Under the pieces are notes generated by a model. That model was not told the DNA's origin. It did no database searches and was given only the letters and a program-made list of their open reading frames with translations. Both the position numbers and the translations under genes were made by a program. From Candidatus Omnitrophota bacterium (lineage in GTDB: Bacteria; Omnitrophota; Gorgyraeia; Tantalellales; Tantalellaceae): a stretch of 64,000 nt of DNA. The stretch is taken from positions 40,218 to 104,217 of the forward strand of contig JADGBR010000006.1 of assembly GCA_015231405.1 (NCBI GenBank). Reading direction: 5' to 3'. Positions 21,901 through 31,606 of this stretch are shown here, one piece after another (within the stretch, counting starts at the first letter, position 1; every line of letters begins with the position of its first letter).

Positions 21901-22325
21901 AGGATCACGATCGGGGCATCAGACTCTGAGAACTGCGCGATGACAGGCTTTTCGGCCTCTTTAGGCATCTTATCCTTGACCTTGGCGAATTTCTCCCTGA
22001 CGTCCATGGCCGCGATCTCCATGTTCGAACCCTGCTCGAAAGTAAGCACGACAGTGGATTCACCCTCTTTGGATATGGAAAGAAGCCCCTTAAGGTGCGC
22101 TACCGTGCTCACCGCCTCCTCTACCTGGAGCGTCACCATGGCCTCGCATTCGGTAGGGGGGACGCCTCCCCTGATATATACGATTATACTTATCTGTCCG
22201 TAGGAAACATCGGGGTAAAGCTCAACCGGAAGCCGGGTAAGAGCTATTACGCCGAACAGGCACAACGAGAAGAATATCATCAACGTCGTGACAGGTCTTG
22301 CTATGGCGAAACTGGATAGGCTCAT
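18921..22325 (-). CDS. Efflux RND transporter permease (AcrB/MdtC-like)
   Basis: RPVTT, GMLVDNAIVVYEN and GIVVNNGI; extra hydrophobic insert and acidic tail. Confidence 0.92.
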   Translation of the reverse strand: MSLSSFAIARPVTTLMIFFSLCLFGVIALTRLPVELYPDVSYGQISIIVYIRGGVPPTECEAMVTLQVEEAVSTVAHLKGLLSISKEGESTVVLTFEQGSNMEIAAMDVREKFAKVKDKMPKEAEKPVIAQFSESDAPIVILAVTSLKKTQEEIKEVVETDIKPVLKRVKGVANVEVGGGRERKILLEVDKNMLARYGVSVNQIINVLGSNNLDILIGEFERKSDKVLLRAKGQLNQIEEIKNTPVTTKPEGSIVRVKDFAEVKDSYMEASTYSRINLNPVVSMYVQKESKGNTIAVADEIMKELEELKATLPKDIKIKVTKNQSEFIRESINDLKDSLLRGSMMILYVLVLFMSKWENKYAIILPAGIIAAGFAPARLMTFFLVLTILTVLFTKKYRPILIVAVSIPISLIITFGVMDMCNMMNPAMNMSINFMTLFGLALGVGMLVDNAIVVYENIATKMETGVDKITAAIDGSTEMNVVIFASTLTAVIVFLPMLFISKSMSILYGGVAWTVTFSLSVSLFVALMVVPLMCSRTKDQGTASGEELAKSKILIPLYGLQRRGLLFVFRRRFAFIAFGIIVPYVASALIWGRLGQEYLGSTEQNRFTVFIELPTGAKLDASDEVVKKVEDMIKEVPEVKDFTARVEAWSSKVYVNLVGLDKRTRSINEIIESLRPKVAKLSPAFVYFEEEQEVGTKEITLNVYGFNYDILREIAIAVTTRMGRSPYFKDAKIRMREGRPELWLRVDKLKSAKLGYTTKDIGDLVHAQVRGVRATMLHDKGSEVETILRLAEKDRRTIKDMHLLPLSKRGDDKILMDQAAQFEYGLGPSEIWRKDRSRMIQVSASLAEIPLDKAVALLFKELSDLKLPEDYYYEVGGDYENMLQSQKETNLTLIIILFLVYLVMAAIFESFSKPFMIIVITVPLACAGALLGLFFSKTPVGMGARIGLMMLGGIVVNNGIILIDHANQVKHKFKNPFRMLIRVGNDRLRAVLMTKSATIFGLLPMALDKSEGSNLWNPLAITVISGLVFATPITLVLLPAIYSVFDDFPKLIKSVNKESLGKWLGSLGHAFTGIPAAVAFLFTRKKKKKIKPGDKGHDPEIEEDPEDESEVADLIDEILDKDPSEDQDREGGAS

Positions 22326-22326
22326 T

Positions 22327-25300
22327 TTATTTGACCGGTTTGTTTTTCCGGGCGCGGAATGAAACGACGGCGCTTTTAACCTTGGCCAGAGAAACCCGCC
22401 ATTTCTCCTGGATCTCGCCTTCGATAACGTATATAGCCGGTATGACGAAAAGGGTCAGCGACGTCGAAACGGCCATTCCACCGGCAACCGAGATAGCCAT
22501 GGGTCTCTGAAGTTCCGCACCTCGCCCGGAAGCCAGGATCATCGGGAAAAGCCCAAGAACTGTACTGAATGCCGTCATCATTATAGGACGGAGCCGTGTC
22601 AGCCCGGCCTCTATTATCGCGTCGTGTCGGCTCAGCCCCTTTTCTTTTACCAGCAGGTTGGTGAAATCGATGAGTACTATACCGTTATTGACGACTATAC
22701 CCCCGAGAATTACGACCCCGAGAAGAGAGATAACGTTCACCGAGGTCTTCGTAAAGTACAGCGCGAGGATAACGCCTATTATCGAAAGTGGAACGGTAAA
22801 AAGTATAATGAAGGGTTGCGTTATCGATTCAAACTGCGCCGCCATTACCATGTATACAAGAAGTATGGACAGGGTTATCGCGAAAACAAGGCTGGCAAAT
22901 GATTTTTTCATTTCCTCCGACTCACCTCCCATCCTCACCCTATAGTTCTTTTCCACTTCCACATTCTTAAGCGCCGCCTCTATCTCCGTGTTAACATCGG
23001 ATATTTTCCGCTGCGAGACATTTGCCGAGACCGTTATGGTCTTTTCCTGGCTGATACGCCGTATTTCGCTCGGGCCCATGCCCTGCTCGAACTTAACGAC
23101 CTTGCTTAAGGGAACAGGTCCGGCGACGGGGCTATTCACGATCAGCCGCTGGATCTTCGAGTACTGGTCCCTGTCCTTTTTCTTAAGAACAACTCTGATA
23201 TCGATTTCCTTACCTTTCTCCTTGAACTGCGACGGTATATAACCTCTGATAACCGTTTGTGCCATTCTAGCCAGATCCACGACGGAGAGGTTGTACAAAG
23301 CCGCTTTATCCTTATCGATAATTATCCTGACCTCTGGGATGGGGTCAGGGAAATCGTCCTCGATTCCAAATATTCCTTTTATCCCTTCCAGTTTCTCCCT
23401 GACCCTTTTAGCTATTTTCCCTATCACTTCGAGGTCCTCGCCTTTTATTTCCACGGCTATCGGCTTTGCGCTGCCTCCAAAAGCTCCCGACATGATACCC
23501 TGTTGTATGAGCACTTCTATTGTGGCTCCCCTAAAAGCCTTTCCCTTGAGAACGGGAACAAGAATGTCCACTATCTCCGACGTAGTCCGTTTTTTGTTGT
23601 CTTTCAGAGCGACCATGATCTGCGCCTGGTTGGAACCTATGCTCTTGATTATGTCCTTGGTGGACTCCCCTTTTTCGGCACCCACAATGGTGTTGATGGT
23701 AGCCGCTTCGGGAACGATCCGCGATATCGTATCCTCTACTCTTTCCACTGTCCGGTTGGTCTCTTCGACTATCGTCCCCACCGGAAGGTCGACTTTCACC
23801 ATGAACTCACCCTGGTCCGCTTTTGGCATAAGTTCTTTATCCAGAGATCCCCACAACATAAGGCTCCCAAGAAAAAGGGCGAGCATCCCTAGAAGGCCTA
23901 ACCCCTTAACCTTCATAAAAGCGCGTAGTGCACCCTCGTAGAGTTTCACTAATTTCATCCAACCCTTTCCACCGGTGAAAAGGTCAGCTGATTTCACACC
24001 GCCTTTCCCCAGTCCCATTTTGAGGCTCATAAGCGGTATGGTCATGATGGCCACTACCAGCGAGATTATCTGGCAAAATGTTATCGTGAACGATATCTGT
24101 TTAAAAAGCTGGCCCGCTATACCTATGACAAACACCATGGGAAGGAATACCGATACGGATGTCAGGGTGGAAGCGATGACGGCGTTAACGACCTCGTCCG
24201 TTCCTTTTTCGGCGGCCACGCTCATCTCAGAACCCATCTCTTTGTGCCTGAAAATATTCTCGATTATAACTACGGCATTATCGAGCATCATCCCTACCCC
24301 GAGGGCTAATCCGCCCATGCTCATTATGTTGATCGATATCCCCGGGAAATACATGAAAATGAACACTATGACGACTGTTATAGGGATATTCACAGTGACG
24401 ATGAACGCGGTCTTCATATTCTTGAGAAATATATAAAGAGTTATGAAGGCGAGCACCGCGCCCTGCCACGCTGCATCGGTAACCGACCGGATAGCGTCCT
24501 TAATGAACACAGACTGGTCCAGAGTAACGTTTATCTGTATGTCTTTCGGAACTTTGTCCTTCATCGCCACTATGGCTTTGCGGACCTTCTCAACGACTTG
24601 TATGGTATTTGCCTGCGACTGTTTCTGTATAGAAATGGAGATATTCTCCTTGCGGTTATACCGGGAGAAACTGCTCTTTTCCTTGAAGGTATCTTTTACT
24701 TCAGCGACGTCTTTCAGCAGCACCACATTAACGACCTTGCTGATTTCAAGTTTTTTCAGGGATATGCCGTAATTCTCCTGCTGACCCTCTCCCTGTTCGT
24801 CCGCATTGCTCGCGATCACGACGTCCTTCAATTCGTCCATCTTCTCGAACTCGCCGAGCGTCCTTATCATGTACTCATAAAAGCTCTCCTTTATAGTACC
24901 CGCCGGATAATTAAGGTTCGAGTTAGTTATCGCGTCTGATATGGTGAGTATTGGAACATTGTAGTTAGAAAGTTTCCCCTGGTCGATATCGACCAGTATC
25001 TCACGTTCCAACCCGCCTTCTACAGAGGCCGAAGCGACGCCTTCGACCTTCTCAAGCTCGTCTTTTATCCTATCCTTGGCTATTCTGCGAAGGTCCAGAA
25101 GGTCCCTGTTCCCGGTAACGCTGAGGCGCATGATAGGCATATCGAAGGGGTTGAACATGACGACAAGGGGCTCCGTGGCGTCCCTGGGGAGACCCGCCTT
25201 AACGAGATCGACCTTTTCACGGACACGCAGCGAAGCGAAGTCCATGTTCTGATCCCAGTCAAACTCGGCGAAAACCAGCGAAACGCCCTCTTTAGAGATC

Positions 25301-25545
25301 GAACGTATGGCCCTGATGCCGCTGGCCGTTCCTACAGCCTCTTCGATGGGTTTCGTGAGAAGGGTCTCCACTTCCTGGGGAGCGGCATTCGCATACCCGG
25401 TAAAAATGGTCAACTGTGGGTATTTGATCTCGGGGAAAAGCTCCATCGGCATCTTAAGCAGCGAAATAATGCCGAAAAGACCCAGCCCGAGATAGATCAT
25501 CACGGTGGTAACAGGCCGGTTTATCGAGAACGACGCTAAAGTCAT
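22327..25545 (-). CDS. Efflux RND transporter permease (AcrB/MdtB-like)
   Basis: RPVTT, GMMLDNAVVIIEN, AAQFES and RLRPIMMT; start MTLASFS preceded by AAGGA. Confidence 0.93.
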   Translation of the reverse strand: MTLASFSINRPVTTVMIYLGLGLFGIISLLKMPMELFPEIKYPQLTIFTGYANAAPQEVETLLTKPIEEAVGTASGIRAIRSISKEGVSLVFAEFDWDQNMDFASLRVREKVDLVKAGLPRDATEPLVVMFNPFDMPIMRLSVTGNRDLLDLRRIAKDRIKDELEKVEGVASASVEGGLEREILVDIDQGKLSNYNVPILTISDAITNSNLNYPAGTIKESFYEYMIRTLGEFEKMDELKDVVIASNADEQGEGQQENYGISLKKLEISKVVNVVLLKDVAEVKDTFKEKSSFSRYNRKENISISIQKQSQANTIQVVEKVRKAIVAMKDKVPKDIQINVTLDQSVFIKDAIRSVTDAAWQGAVLAFITLYIFLKNMKTAFIVTVNIPITVVIVFIFMYFPGISINIMSMGGLALGVGMMLDNAVVIIENIFRHKEMGSEMSVAAEKGTDEVVNAVIASTLTSVSVFLPMVFVIGIAGQLFKQISFTITFCQIISLVVAIMTIPLMSLKMGLGKGGVKSADLFTGGKGWMKLVKLYEGALRAFMKVKGLGLLGMLALFLGSLMLWGSLDKELMPKADQGEFMVKVDLPVGTIVEETNRTVERVEDTISRIVPEAATINTIVGAEKGESTKDIIKSIGSNQAQIMVALKDNKKRTTSEIVDILVPVLKGKAFRGATIEVLIQQGIMSGAFGGSAKPIAVEIKGEDLEVIGKIAKRVREKLEGIKGIFGIEDDFPDPIPEVRIIIDKDKAALYNLSVVDLARMAQTVIRGYIPSQFKEKGKEIDIRVVLKKKDRDQYSKIQRLIVNSPVAGPVPLSKVVKFEQGMGPSEIRRISQEKTITVSANVSQRKISDVNTEIEAALKNVEVEKNYRVRMGGESEEMKKSFASLVFAITLSILLVYMVMAAQFESITQPFIILFTVPLSIIGVILALYFTKTSVNVISLLGVVILGGIVVNNGIVLIDFTNLLVKEKGLSRHDAIIEAGLTRLRPIMMTAFSTVLGLFPMILASGRGAELQRPMAISVAGGMAVSTSLTLFVIPAIYVIEGEIQEKWRVSLAKVKSAVVSFRARKNKPVK

Positions 25546-25555
25546 GTTATCCTTT

Positions 25556-25590
25556 AGAATCCAGAATTCAGAATCCAGAATCCAGAATTC
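25556..25590. repeat. Heptamer array (AGAATYC)
   Basis: agaatccagaattcagaatccagaatccagaattc; related arrays at ~31607-31651 and ~31711-31757. Confidence 0.75.
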
Positions 25591-25744
25591 GTCATACCAG
25601 AACGGAAGCATATCATCAATTGCTTCATGGTATCTCTTCCAAATATCACATTAACGATCCATATTTTAAGCATTAAATACCTTTCACGCTCCGTCTTCCG
25701 TGATTCTGGCTTTGGGATCTTATCTTCATTATCCCTAACCAACA

Positions 25745-27163
25745 CTAAAAGAGCGTTTCCTGAACTTCAGTTATTTCAACCTTATCCCCGCTCTTGAATT
25801 CCTGGTGAAGTTCGCGGACAATGAGCTCGCCTTCTTCAAGCCCTTTAGCGACTTCAGCCATATCATGAGTAAGGTACTCTATCTCTATTTTCTTTTCCTC
25901 GATCACACCGCTCTCTGTCTCGGCTTCTCCTGCTCCGGGAGCACCCATATCGGATATTTCACCTGAAATGTCCTCGCCCCCCGCAGGCTCCGCTCCAGGA
26001 ACGGACGAAGCGCCCGGAGTACCGGATTTTTCACCGGCGCTGTCCAGACTTCCTCCGGCCGCCTCTTTAGGCGCCTTACTCTGTTCTTTTCCGATCCCGT
26101 TCTCTTTACCCTTTTCGCCTTCTTCTTCCGGATTTTCAGAGACAGCGCCTTCTTCCCCGTCTTCCTCAACTTTCTCCTCTTTTTTAACCACGTAGATGAA
26201 GTACTCCTGTTCTTTCTTTTTGAACGCGGAAGCCGGTATCATCATAGCGTCCTTTTTCTCATAAATATTTATAACGGCTCTCGCGAACATACCGGGCCTC
26301 AACATGTCGTCCTTGTTATCGATCTCCACTTTTATCTTCTGTGTGCGGGTACGGCCTTCTATCATCGGAGCGATCATATCCACCGTCCCCGTGAATGTCT
26401 CACCTGGGTAAGCGTCAAGGTATATCTCCATCGTCTGGCCTAGCTTCAGCTTCGGGGAATCCTCTTCGATGACCTCGAACACGGAATAAACCTTGCTATA
26501 ATCAAGAAATGTACCGATCTTGTCCTGACTCGTCACATAAGCCCCCGCGAATTTATCCTTGCTGCCCAGGTATCCGTCTCCGGGAGCGTAAATATTGGTC
26601 TTTTCGAGGTCTCTTTTCGCCGATTCGTATTCCAGTTTTTTCTGCTCGTAAGGAAGTTTGTCAGTGGCTCCCAGTTCATAAAGCTTTTTGTTCTTTTCAA
26701 GGTCCAGTGCGGCATACTTCAATTTCAATAAAGAGTCACGCTGGTTCAAGCTCGCGATTATATCGCCCTCCAGTATCCTTTCCCCTTCCTCAAAGTTAAA
26801 ACTCTCCAGCATCCCGTTCTCCTCGAATTTGAGCTCAATTTCCTTCGCCCCCTGTATCCTTCCCATTACCGGCAGAGTGTCTTTGAAATCCATCCTTTTC
26901 ACCTTATAGACCTTCACCGGGATCGTTTCCAGAAATTCGACCTTCTCCTTCTCATCCTCTTTCTTCCCGAAGATAATGGACTTGATCTGCTCCGAAGATC
27001 TTGCCAGAATAAGCCCTAGCACCAGAACACCGAGAGCTATCCAGAGGTAGTTTTTCTTGATTTTTTTGGGATCGACCTTCATCTTGACAAGAAGTTTACC
27101 GAACGGCGCGAAAATATTAAGCCTCTTCAATAACGATACTTTAACTTTCTTTTCGTTTTCCAT
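25745..27163 (-). CDS. Efflux RND periplasmic adaptor (MFP)
   Basis: N-terminal TM, lipoyl-like halves (EEGERILEGD; IYAPGDG), LRPGMFAR and a low-complexity acidic insert. Confidence 0.9.
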   Translation of the reverse strand: MENEKKVKVSLLKRLNIFAPFGKLLVKMKVDPKKIKKNYLWIALGVLVLGLILARSSEQIKSIIFGKKEDEKEKVEFLETIPVKVYKVKRMDFKDTLPVMGRIQGAKEIELKFEENGMLESFNFEEGERILEGDIIASLNQRDSLLKLKYAALDLEKNKKLYELGATDKLPYEQKKLEYESAKRDLEKTNIYAPGDGYLGSKDKFAGAYVTSQDKIGTFLDYSKVYSVFEVIEEDSPKLKLGQTMEIYLDAYPGETFTGTVDMIAPMIEGRTRTQKIKVEIDNKDDMLRPGMFARAVINIYEKKDAMMIPASAFKKKEQEYFIYVVKKEEKVEEDGEEGAVSENPEEEGEKGKENGIGKEQSKAPKEAAGGSLDSAGEKSGTPGASSVPGAEPAGGEDISGEISDMGAPGAGEAETESGVIEEKKIEIEYLTHDMAEVAKGLEEGELIVRELHQEFKSGDKVEITEVQETLF

Positions 27164-27188
27164 TTATGCCCTCCATATGGACCAGAGC

Positions 27189-29885
27189 TCATTTGTTGTC
27201 GTTTTTCTCTTGTCCCTTCTCACCGGCGTCGGGTTTAACCCCGAGCTTTTTCCACTCATCATATTCTTCGTTCTCATATTCCGGCCTGAAGAATTCGGGT
27301 ATCCCTATAGCCTTGTTAAGCCCTACTATTGAAAGATAATATTCCGTATAGGACTGCACTACTCCATATACCATATCCCTCAGTTTCGTGAGCTCATCAA
27401 TGATCCCGGGTATATCGACCTCGCCGTAAAGCCTCTTTTGTTCGGCTATCTCAGTCTGCCTTTTCTGCTGCTCAAGCTGGACCAGGGACATGTCCATCTG
27501 GATAAGCGATTTCCTGTACTTGAAATAAGTTTCCTTTACCGCGATCATAACGTCCTGTTTGGCTTTCTCGTACTCGTACTTCGCCCTGTCGAACCCTACG
27601 AGCGTTTCCTCAATCTCGGAGAAGTACGTAAGGTTATCCAGGACTTTCATTGAAAAATAATTCGTCGCCGTCTCGGACCCCCTGAACGCCGATACCGTGG
27701 GAGACCATTTCTCCTTAACGTAGTTATGTTCGAGGGTGTTGCCCCAGAAAGGTATGTCTGTTTTAACTCCGACATACCATTCCGATTCAAGATCACGTTT
27801 GGACCTTTCCTTGAACCCGGTGGCGTCTTCGGCCTCATAATCCGCCTCCCTGTCCAGGGGCTGGTAATTCTCGTAAGCCAGGCCGAAATTACCATTGAAC
27901 TCTACTTTAGGCCAGGCTTTCGCTTTTACCATTTTACGGTCGAAATTATAATAATCCAGAACGGTCAGCTTCATCCTTATGTCAGGGGAGTTGGCCAGCG
28001 CTAACTGGTAACAGTTGGCGATCCCAATGGAAAGCAGTTTACCCGGAGGGCTGACCGGTTTTATCCCGAAGTTGTCGTCCGGATCCATCGACATAGCCTG
28101 AAGGAGGATCAATCTCGCCAGGGACACGTCCTCCTCCGATGACATATTCTCGAAATCCACCTGCATGTTGGAGGCCTTGACCTTAAGCAAAACGACCGGA
28201 GTAATGACATCGGCCTCCTGGAGCTTAACGGTTATTTCATAGAAGCGGTTGACTTGCTTCTGGAGTTCTTCCTGTTGGGCGAGGGCTTTTATCGCTTTAT
28301 CGAGGTTGTAATATCCCTTTTTTACCTCCTCGATGAGTTCTCCCTTTATCTTGAGGCATTCGAGCCTTACATTCTCTACGTTCGCCTCGGACTGTCTAAG
28401 AGCCCAGTATTTCTCGAAACCATCGAAAACATTCTGCTTAATCTCCATCTGGTATTTTTTGCCCTGATAATGCCTGGGGCTCATCGTCCCGTAACTTATT
28501 TCGTGTTTAAGGGTCAGCTCCGGGAGTATCTCCCTCCTGGATTGCTCCACCCGTTTCTCCGCTAGGTTCACCTGCCTTTCGGCGACCCTTAATCGCGGGG
28601 TGCGCGCGAGCGCTATCTGAACACATTCGTCTATGGAATATGTCCGGCCTTTCCTTACGTCTTCTTCGCCAAGCTCATATTTCGGGACCTTTAAAGGCTC
28701 TGTCAGTCTCTCATACCATGGTTTGGGAGGAGCGTTGTCCTTGACGGCGTCGCGGAGCAAGGCTTTATCCGACTCCGTCATCTCTTTCCTATTTGACGCC
28801 TCAAGGCGTTGACGGTTATAGTAGATCTCGTCCTTATCTATCTCGTCCAGAAGGTCCATGAGCTCCTTACTGTCCGGGTCCATCTTAAAAGCTTCCCGGA
28901 CGCAAGCCCTGGCTTCAGGGTATGATCTCTCATTCTTATAAACTTTTGCCTGCATGACAAGCTCTTTGAACATGTCGTATCCGGGATCCTCTATTGTAGC
29001 CGGCTTGACCACCTTCCTCTCCGGAACGGGCTCATCCTCCCGAGCCGTTTTATCAGAGCCGGTCACTTCTTGGGACACGCCCGGGGTCTGCTTAACTTCA
29101 CCCGTATCCTTCGAGCCGCTGAAAAGGCCTTTTATTTTTGAAAATACCGGAAATTTACCGTTATTTGGCTCGGCTTGTTTTCGGGGTTTTGCCGCCGCTT
29201 CCCGTTCAGCGCTTTTCGTTTGTACCTCCGGCTGGACTTTCGCGGCTTCTTTGGCTTGCTCTTTATTTTTTTCTTTTGTTCTTTTAACTTTCCCGGTCTT
29301 CTTCCCATCTATGGTCAGTTCTTTATGTTCCGTTATTTTGACTCCCTGGCCGTCTTCCACTCCAACGGCAGTATCAAGAAGTTTTTTTGCCGTCGAGTTC
29401 CCCGGATCGATCGAAAGGATCTCCTTCGCGGCCGCTTTCGCTTCGCCGGACTCCCCGTTCTCAAGAGCTTTCTTGGCTTTATCCAACAGCTGCACCACCC
29501 TCATTTTTTGTTGTGTCGCTCTTGGGATCTCACCGCCGGTACCGTTCTCATTCTCTTCAATATAGGCTTTTCCCTCCCCAGGAGACTCTCCGGCGGCTAC
29601 ATAAAGAAGTTTCCTGGCGTGGATATTTCCCGGATCGATATCCAGTATCGCCCGGGCGGCTTTTCCCGCGCCCTCAAGGTCCTCTCTCCCAAGCGACTCT
29701 TTCGCTTCATCAAGAAGACGGACGACATCTAGCTTCTGTTTTGTCCCCGGGACCATAGTCCCTCCGGCCGCTTTACCCTGAGCGGCCCCGGCCGAAACAG
29801 CGTGAAAAAAAACAGATAATATTACCGGCAGGAAAACAGATAATATCTTCCGAAAACCAATATTACGGACAAACCTCAATTCCAC
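27189..29885 (-). CDS. TolC family outer-membrane protein with long N-terminal TPR-like extension
   Basis: Signal peptide; repeated A..IL.IDPGN..A.KLL units; two OEP-like halves (SIDECVQIAL..., CYQLALANSP...). Confidence 0.85.
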   Translation of the reverse strand: MELRFVRNIGFRKILSVFLPVILSVFFHAVSAGAAQGKAAGGTMVPGTKQKLDVVRLLDEAKESLGREDLEGAGKAARAILDIDPGNIHARKLLYVAAGESPGEGKAYIEENENGTGGEIPRATQQKMRVVQLLDKAKKALENGESGEAKAAAKEILSIDPGNSTAKKLLDTAVGVEDGQGVKITEHKELTIDGKKTGKVKRTKEKNKEQAKEAAKVQPEVQTKSAEREAAAKPRKQAEPNNGKFPVFSKIKGLFSGSKDTGEVKQTPGVSQEVTGSDKTAREDEPVPERKVVKPATIEDPGYDMFKELVMQAKVYKNERSYPEARACVREAFKMDPDSKELMDLLDEIDKDEIYYNRQRLEASNRKEMTESDKALLRDAVKDNAPPKPWYERLTEPLKVPKYELGEEDVRKGRTYSIDECVQIALARTPRLRVAERQVNLAEKRVEQSRREILPELTLKHEISYGTMSPRHYQGKKYQMEIKQNVFDGFEKYWALRQSEANVENVRLECLKIKGELIEEVKKGYYNLDKAIKALAQQEELQKQVNRFYEITVKLQEADVITPVVLLKVKASNMQVDFENMSSEEDVSLARLILLQAMSMDPDDNFGIKPVSPPGKLLSIGIANCYQLALANSPDIRMKLTVLDYYNFDRKMVKAKAWPKVEFNGNFGLAYENYQPLDREADYEAEDATGFKERSKRDLESEWYVGVKTDIPFWGNTLEHNYVKEKWSPTVSAFRGSETATNYFSMKVLDNLTYFSEIEETLVGFDRAKYEYEKAKQDVMIAVKETYFKYRKSLIQMDMSLVQLEQQKRQTEIAEQKRLYGEVDIPGIIDELTKLRDMVYGVVQSYTEYYLSIVGLNKAIGIPEFFRPEYENEEYDEWKKLGVKPDAGEKGQEKNDNK

Positions 29886-29961
29886 GTGAACTCCCCAGAA
29901 GAGCGATTTAGATCTATGAGATAACGAGAAATAATGTTTTAAAACACTTTAAAACCATTCT

Positions 29962-30348
29962 TTACCCGTTCTGCTCAGCTCCTGGCTGGTCAATCACGCC
30001 GCCTTCCTGTTTCTTCTTTTGCCTGTACTGGCGCATGTAATCCCTCATATACTCCCGGTGCCTTTCCTTATTCGCTTCGCGGTAAAGCTGCAAATATTCT
30101 TTATGCTTTTTCCTCCATTCCAGCGACCTTTCCCTGCAGGTCTGCTTCCAGGATTTATCCTGGGATTCTTTGTACTTGAAGTAGTTCGGGTTGCTCTTCC
30201 TCCACTCCTTCATGTTCGACAGCTGCCTCTGGTACTGGCATTCGAGGCTTGAACAAACCGTCTGATTAGGCCGATATTTGTTCGGAACAAAAGGCTTACC
30301 GCAATTCTTGCAGCTCTTCTCTTTCCTTCTTATCTCATCCACAATCAC
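29962..30348 (-). CDS. Hypothetical Cys4 Zn-ribbon protein with long charged helix
   Basis: CKNC...CSSLEC; GTG start overlaps the ROK stop (GTGA); GGAGG RBS. Confidence 0.75.
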   Translation of the reverse strand: MIVDEIRRKEKSCKNCGKPFVPNKYRPNQTVCSSLECQYQRQLSNMKEWRKSNPNYFKYKESQDKSWKQTCRERSLEWRKKHKEYLQLYREANKERHREYMRDYMRQYRQKKKQEGGVIDQPGAEQNG

Positions 30349-31472
30349 ACCTCCATGAACATCTCGCGTCTACATAAAACGGCGGCCCCTACCGAAGCCG
30401 CCTCCTTGCCCAGAACACCCGGGACAATCCTTATTCTCTCGGAAATATCCTTTGAAACAAATCTTTTCAGGCTTTCCCTCATGCAGTCGATAAAGCCGCC
30501 TTCGACACGTTCGATCCCTCCGCCCAGGAGGACGCATTCGATACCGAACATATTAATGAGATATGCCACCCTTACCCCGAGCGCGGACGCGGACCTTTTG
30601 ACCAGGTCCACCGCCAGCTCATCCCCTTTTTCGGACGCCCGGAGAACTACATCCATGTTTATCCTGTCGATATCCCCTTTTACCATCTCGACTATCTCCG
30701 TGCCGACACCCCTTGAAACAAGGTCCTTCGTCGTAGCGACCATGCTGAACTGGTTCCAGGGTCTCAAATAGGCTCCCTGCCTCCCTTCGTTATATTCGTC
30801 AGCCTCGAATATAGATTCTTTTTTAAAAATTACGCCTATCCCTATGTCCGAATACATAAAGAGAACGCTGTCCTCCGATGCATTCGGGTTATATTCCCTG
30901 TCACCGTAACCGGAGGCCGTGGCGGATTTAGTATGAAATACCCTGGAAGAAAATATCCCGCTCACGCCCGAAGCCAGGACATCAACAGCCTTTTCGCTGA
31001 TAGCTAGGATGTCTTCCGGTACGGCGAGTCCAACGAATTCGAATTTTTCGGATTTGAACCTGGTTTTAAACGAGATCTCCTCCACTATCCCCGAAATATC
31101 TTTATTTTTCTTGTTCTTTTTGGTCAACAGATCTATATGCAGTTTTTCTTGAGCGATAATTTTTCCCCTCGTATCTATGGATGCCAGATACGCCGTCTCT
31201 TCGCGGCAACCGATACCAAGTATTTTATCTCCCGTATCCTTGACGCTCAACTTGCCTGAATTTGGTGCGCCTTCCAGAATTTCCTTTTTTACAAAAAAAT
31301 CAAGATAGTTAGAAATAAAATCAACTGAAAGTTTAGTGCTGTTAATGATCTCATCGACCGAAAACGCTTTCTTCTTTTTGATAAAATGAAATATCTCCAA
31401 AGCCATTTGCTCTTTTTCTGTTTCAGGCTGTATGCTGAAAGCTGCTGTATTGCTTTTAAAATTTTTAACCAT
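30345..31472 (-). CDS. ROK family protein, probably a transcriptional regulator
   Basis: N-terminal wHTH-like region; GIGVIF, LGVRVAYLIN, VLLGGG and LGKEAASVGAA. Confidence 0.8.
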   Translation of the reverse strand: MVKNFKSNTAAFSIQPETEKEQMALEIFHFIKKKKAFSVDEIINSTKLSVDFISNYLDFFVKKEILEGAPNSGKLSVKDTGDKILGIGCREETAYLASIDTRGKIIAQEKLHIDLLTKKNKKNKDISGIVEEISFKTRFKSEKFEFVGLAVPEDILAISEKAVDVLASGVSGIFSSRVFHTKSATASGYGDREYNPNASEDSVLFMYSDIGIGVIFKKESIFEADEYNEGRQGAYLRPWNQFSMVATTKDLVSRGVGTEIVEMVKGDIDRINMDVVLRASEKGDELAVDLVKRSASALGVRVAYLINMFGIECVLLGGGIERVEGGFIDCMRESLKRFVSKDISERIRIVPGVLGKEAASVGAAVLCRREMFMEV

Positions 31473-31545
31473 ATGATAGCAATCCGTAAACTTGAAACCC
31501 AGTTCCTAATAAATACCTTAACTTCTAACTTTTTCTGATAACATA

Positions 31546-31574
31546 ACTATACATAACGAATTAGTAAAAGTCAA
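31546..31574 (-). promoter_or_regulatory. Sigma70-like promoter of the ROK-RND operon
   Basis: TTGACT-17 bp-TATAGT on the minus strand. Confidence 0.55.
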
Positions 31575-31606
31575 TAGTTAGATTTAATTTATTCAATTAG
31601 GAATTT

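Noticed and set aside
25546-25745. 63-aa ORF or RND N-terminal extension
   Set aside because: Partly encoded by the heptamer array (WILDSEFWIL), and a better RBS and start exist at 25545.
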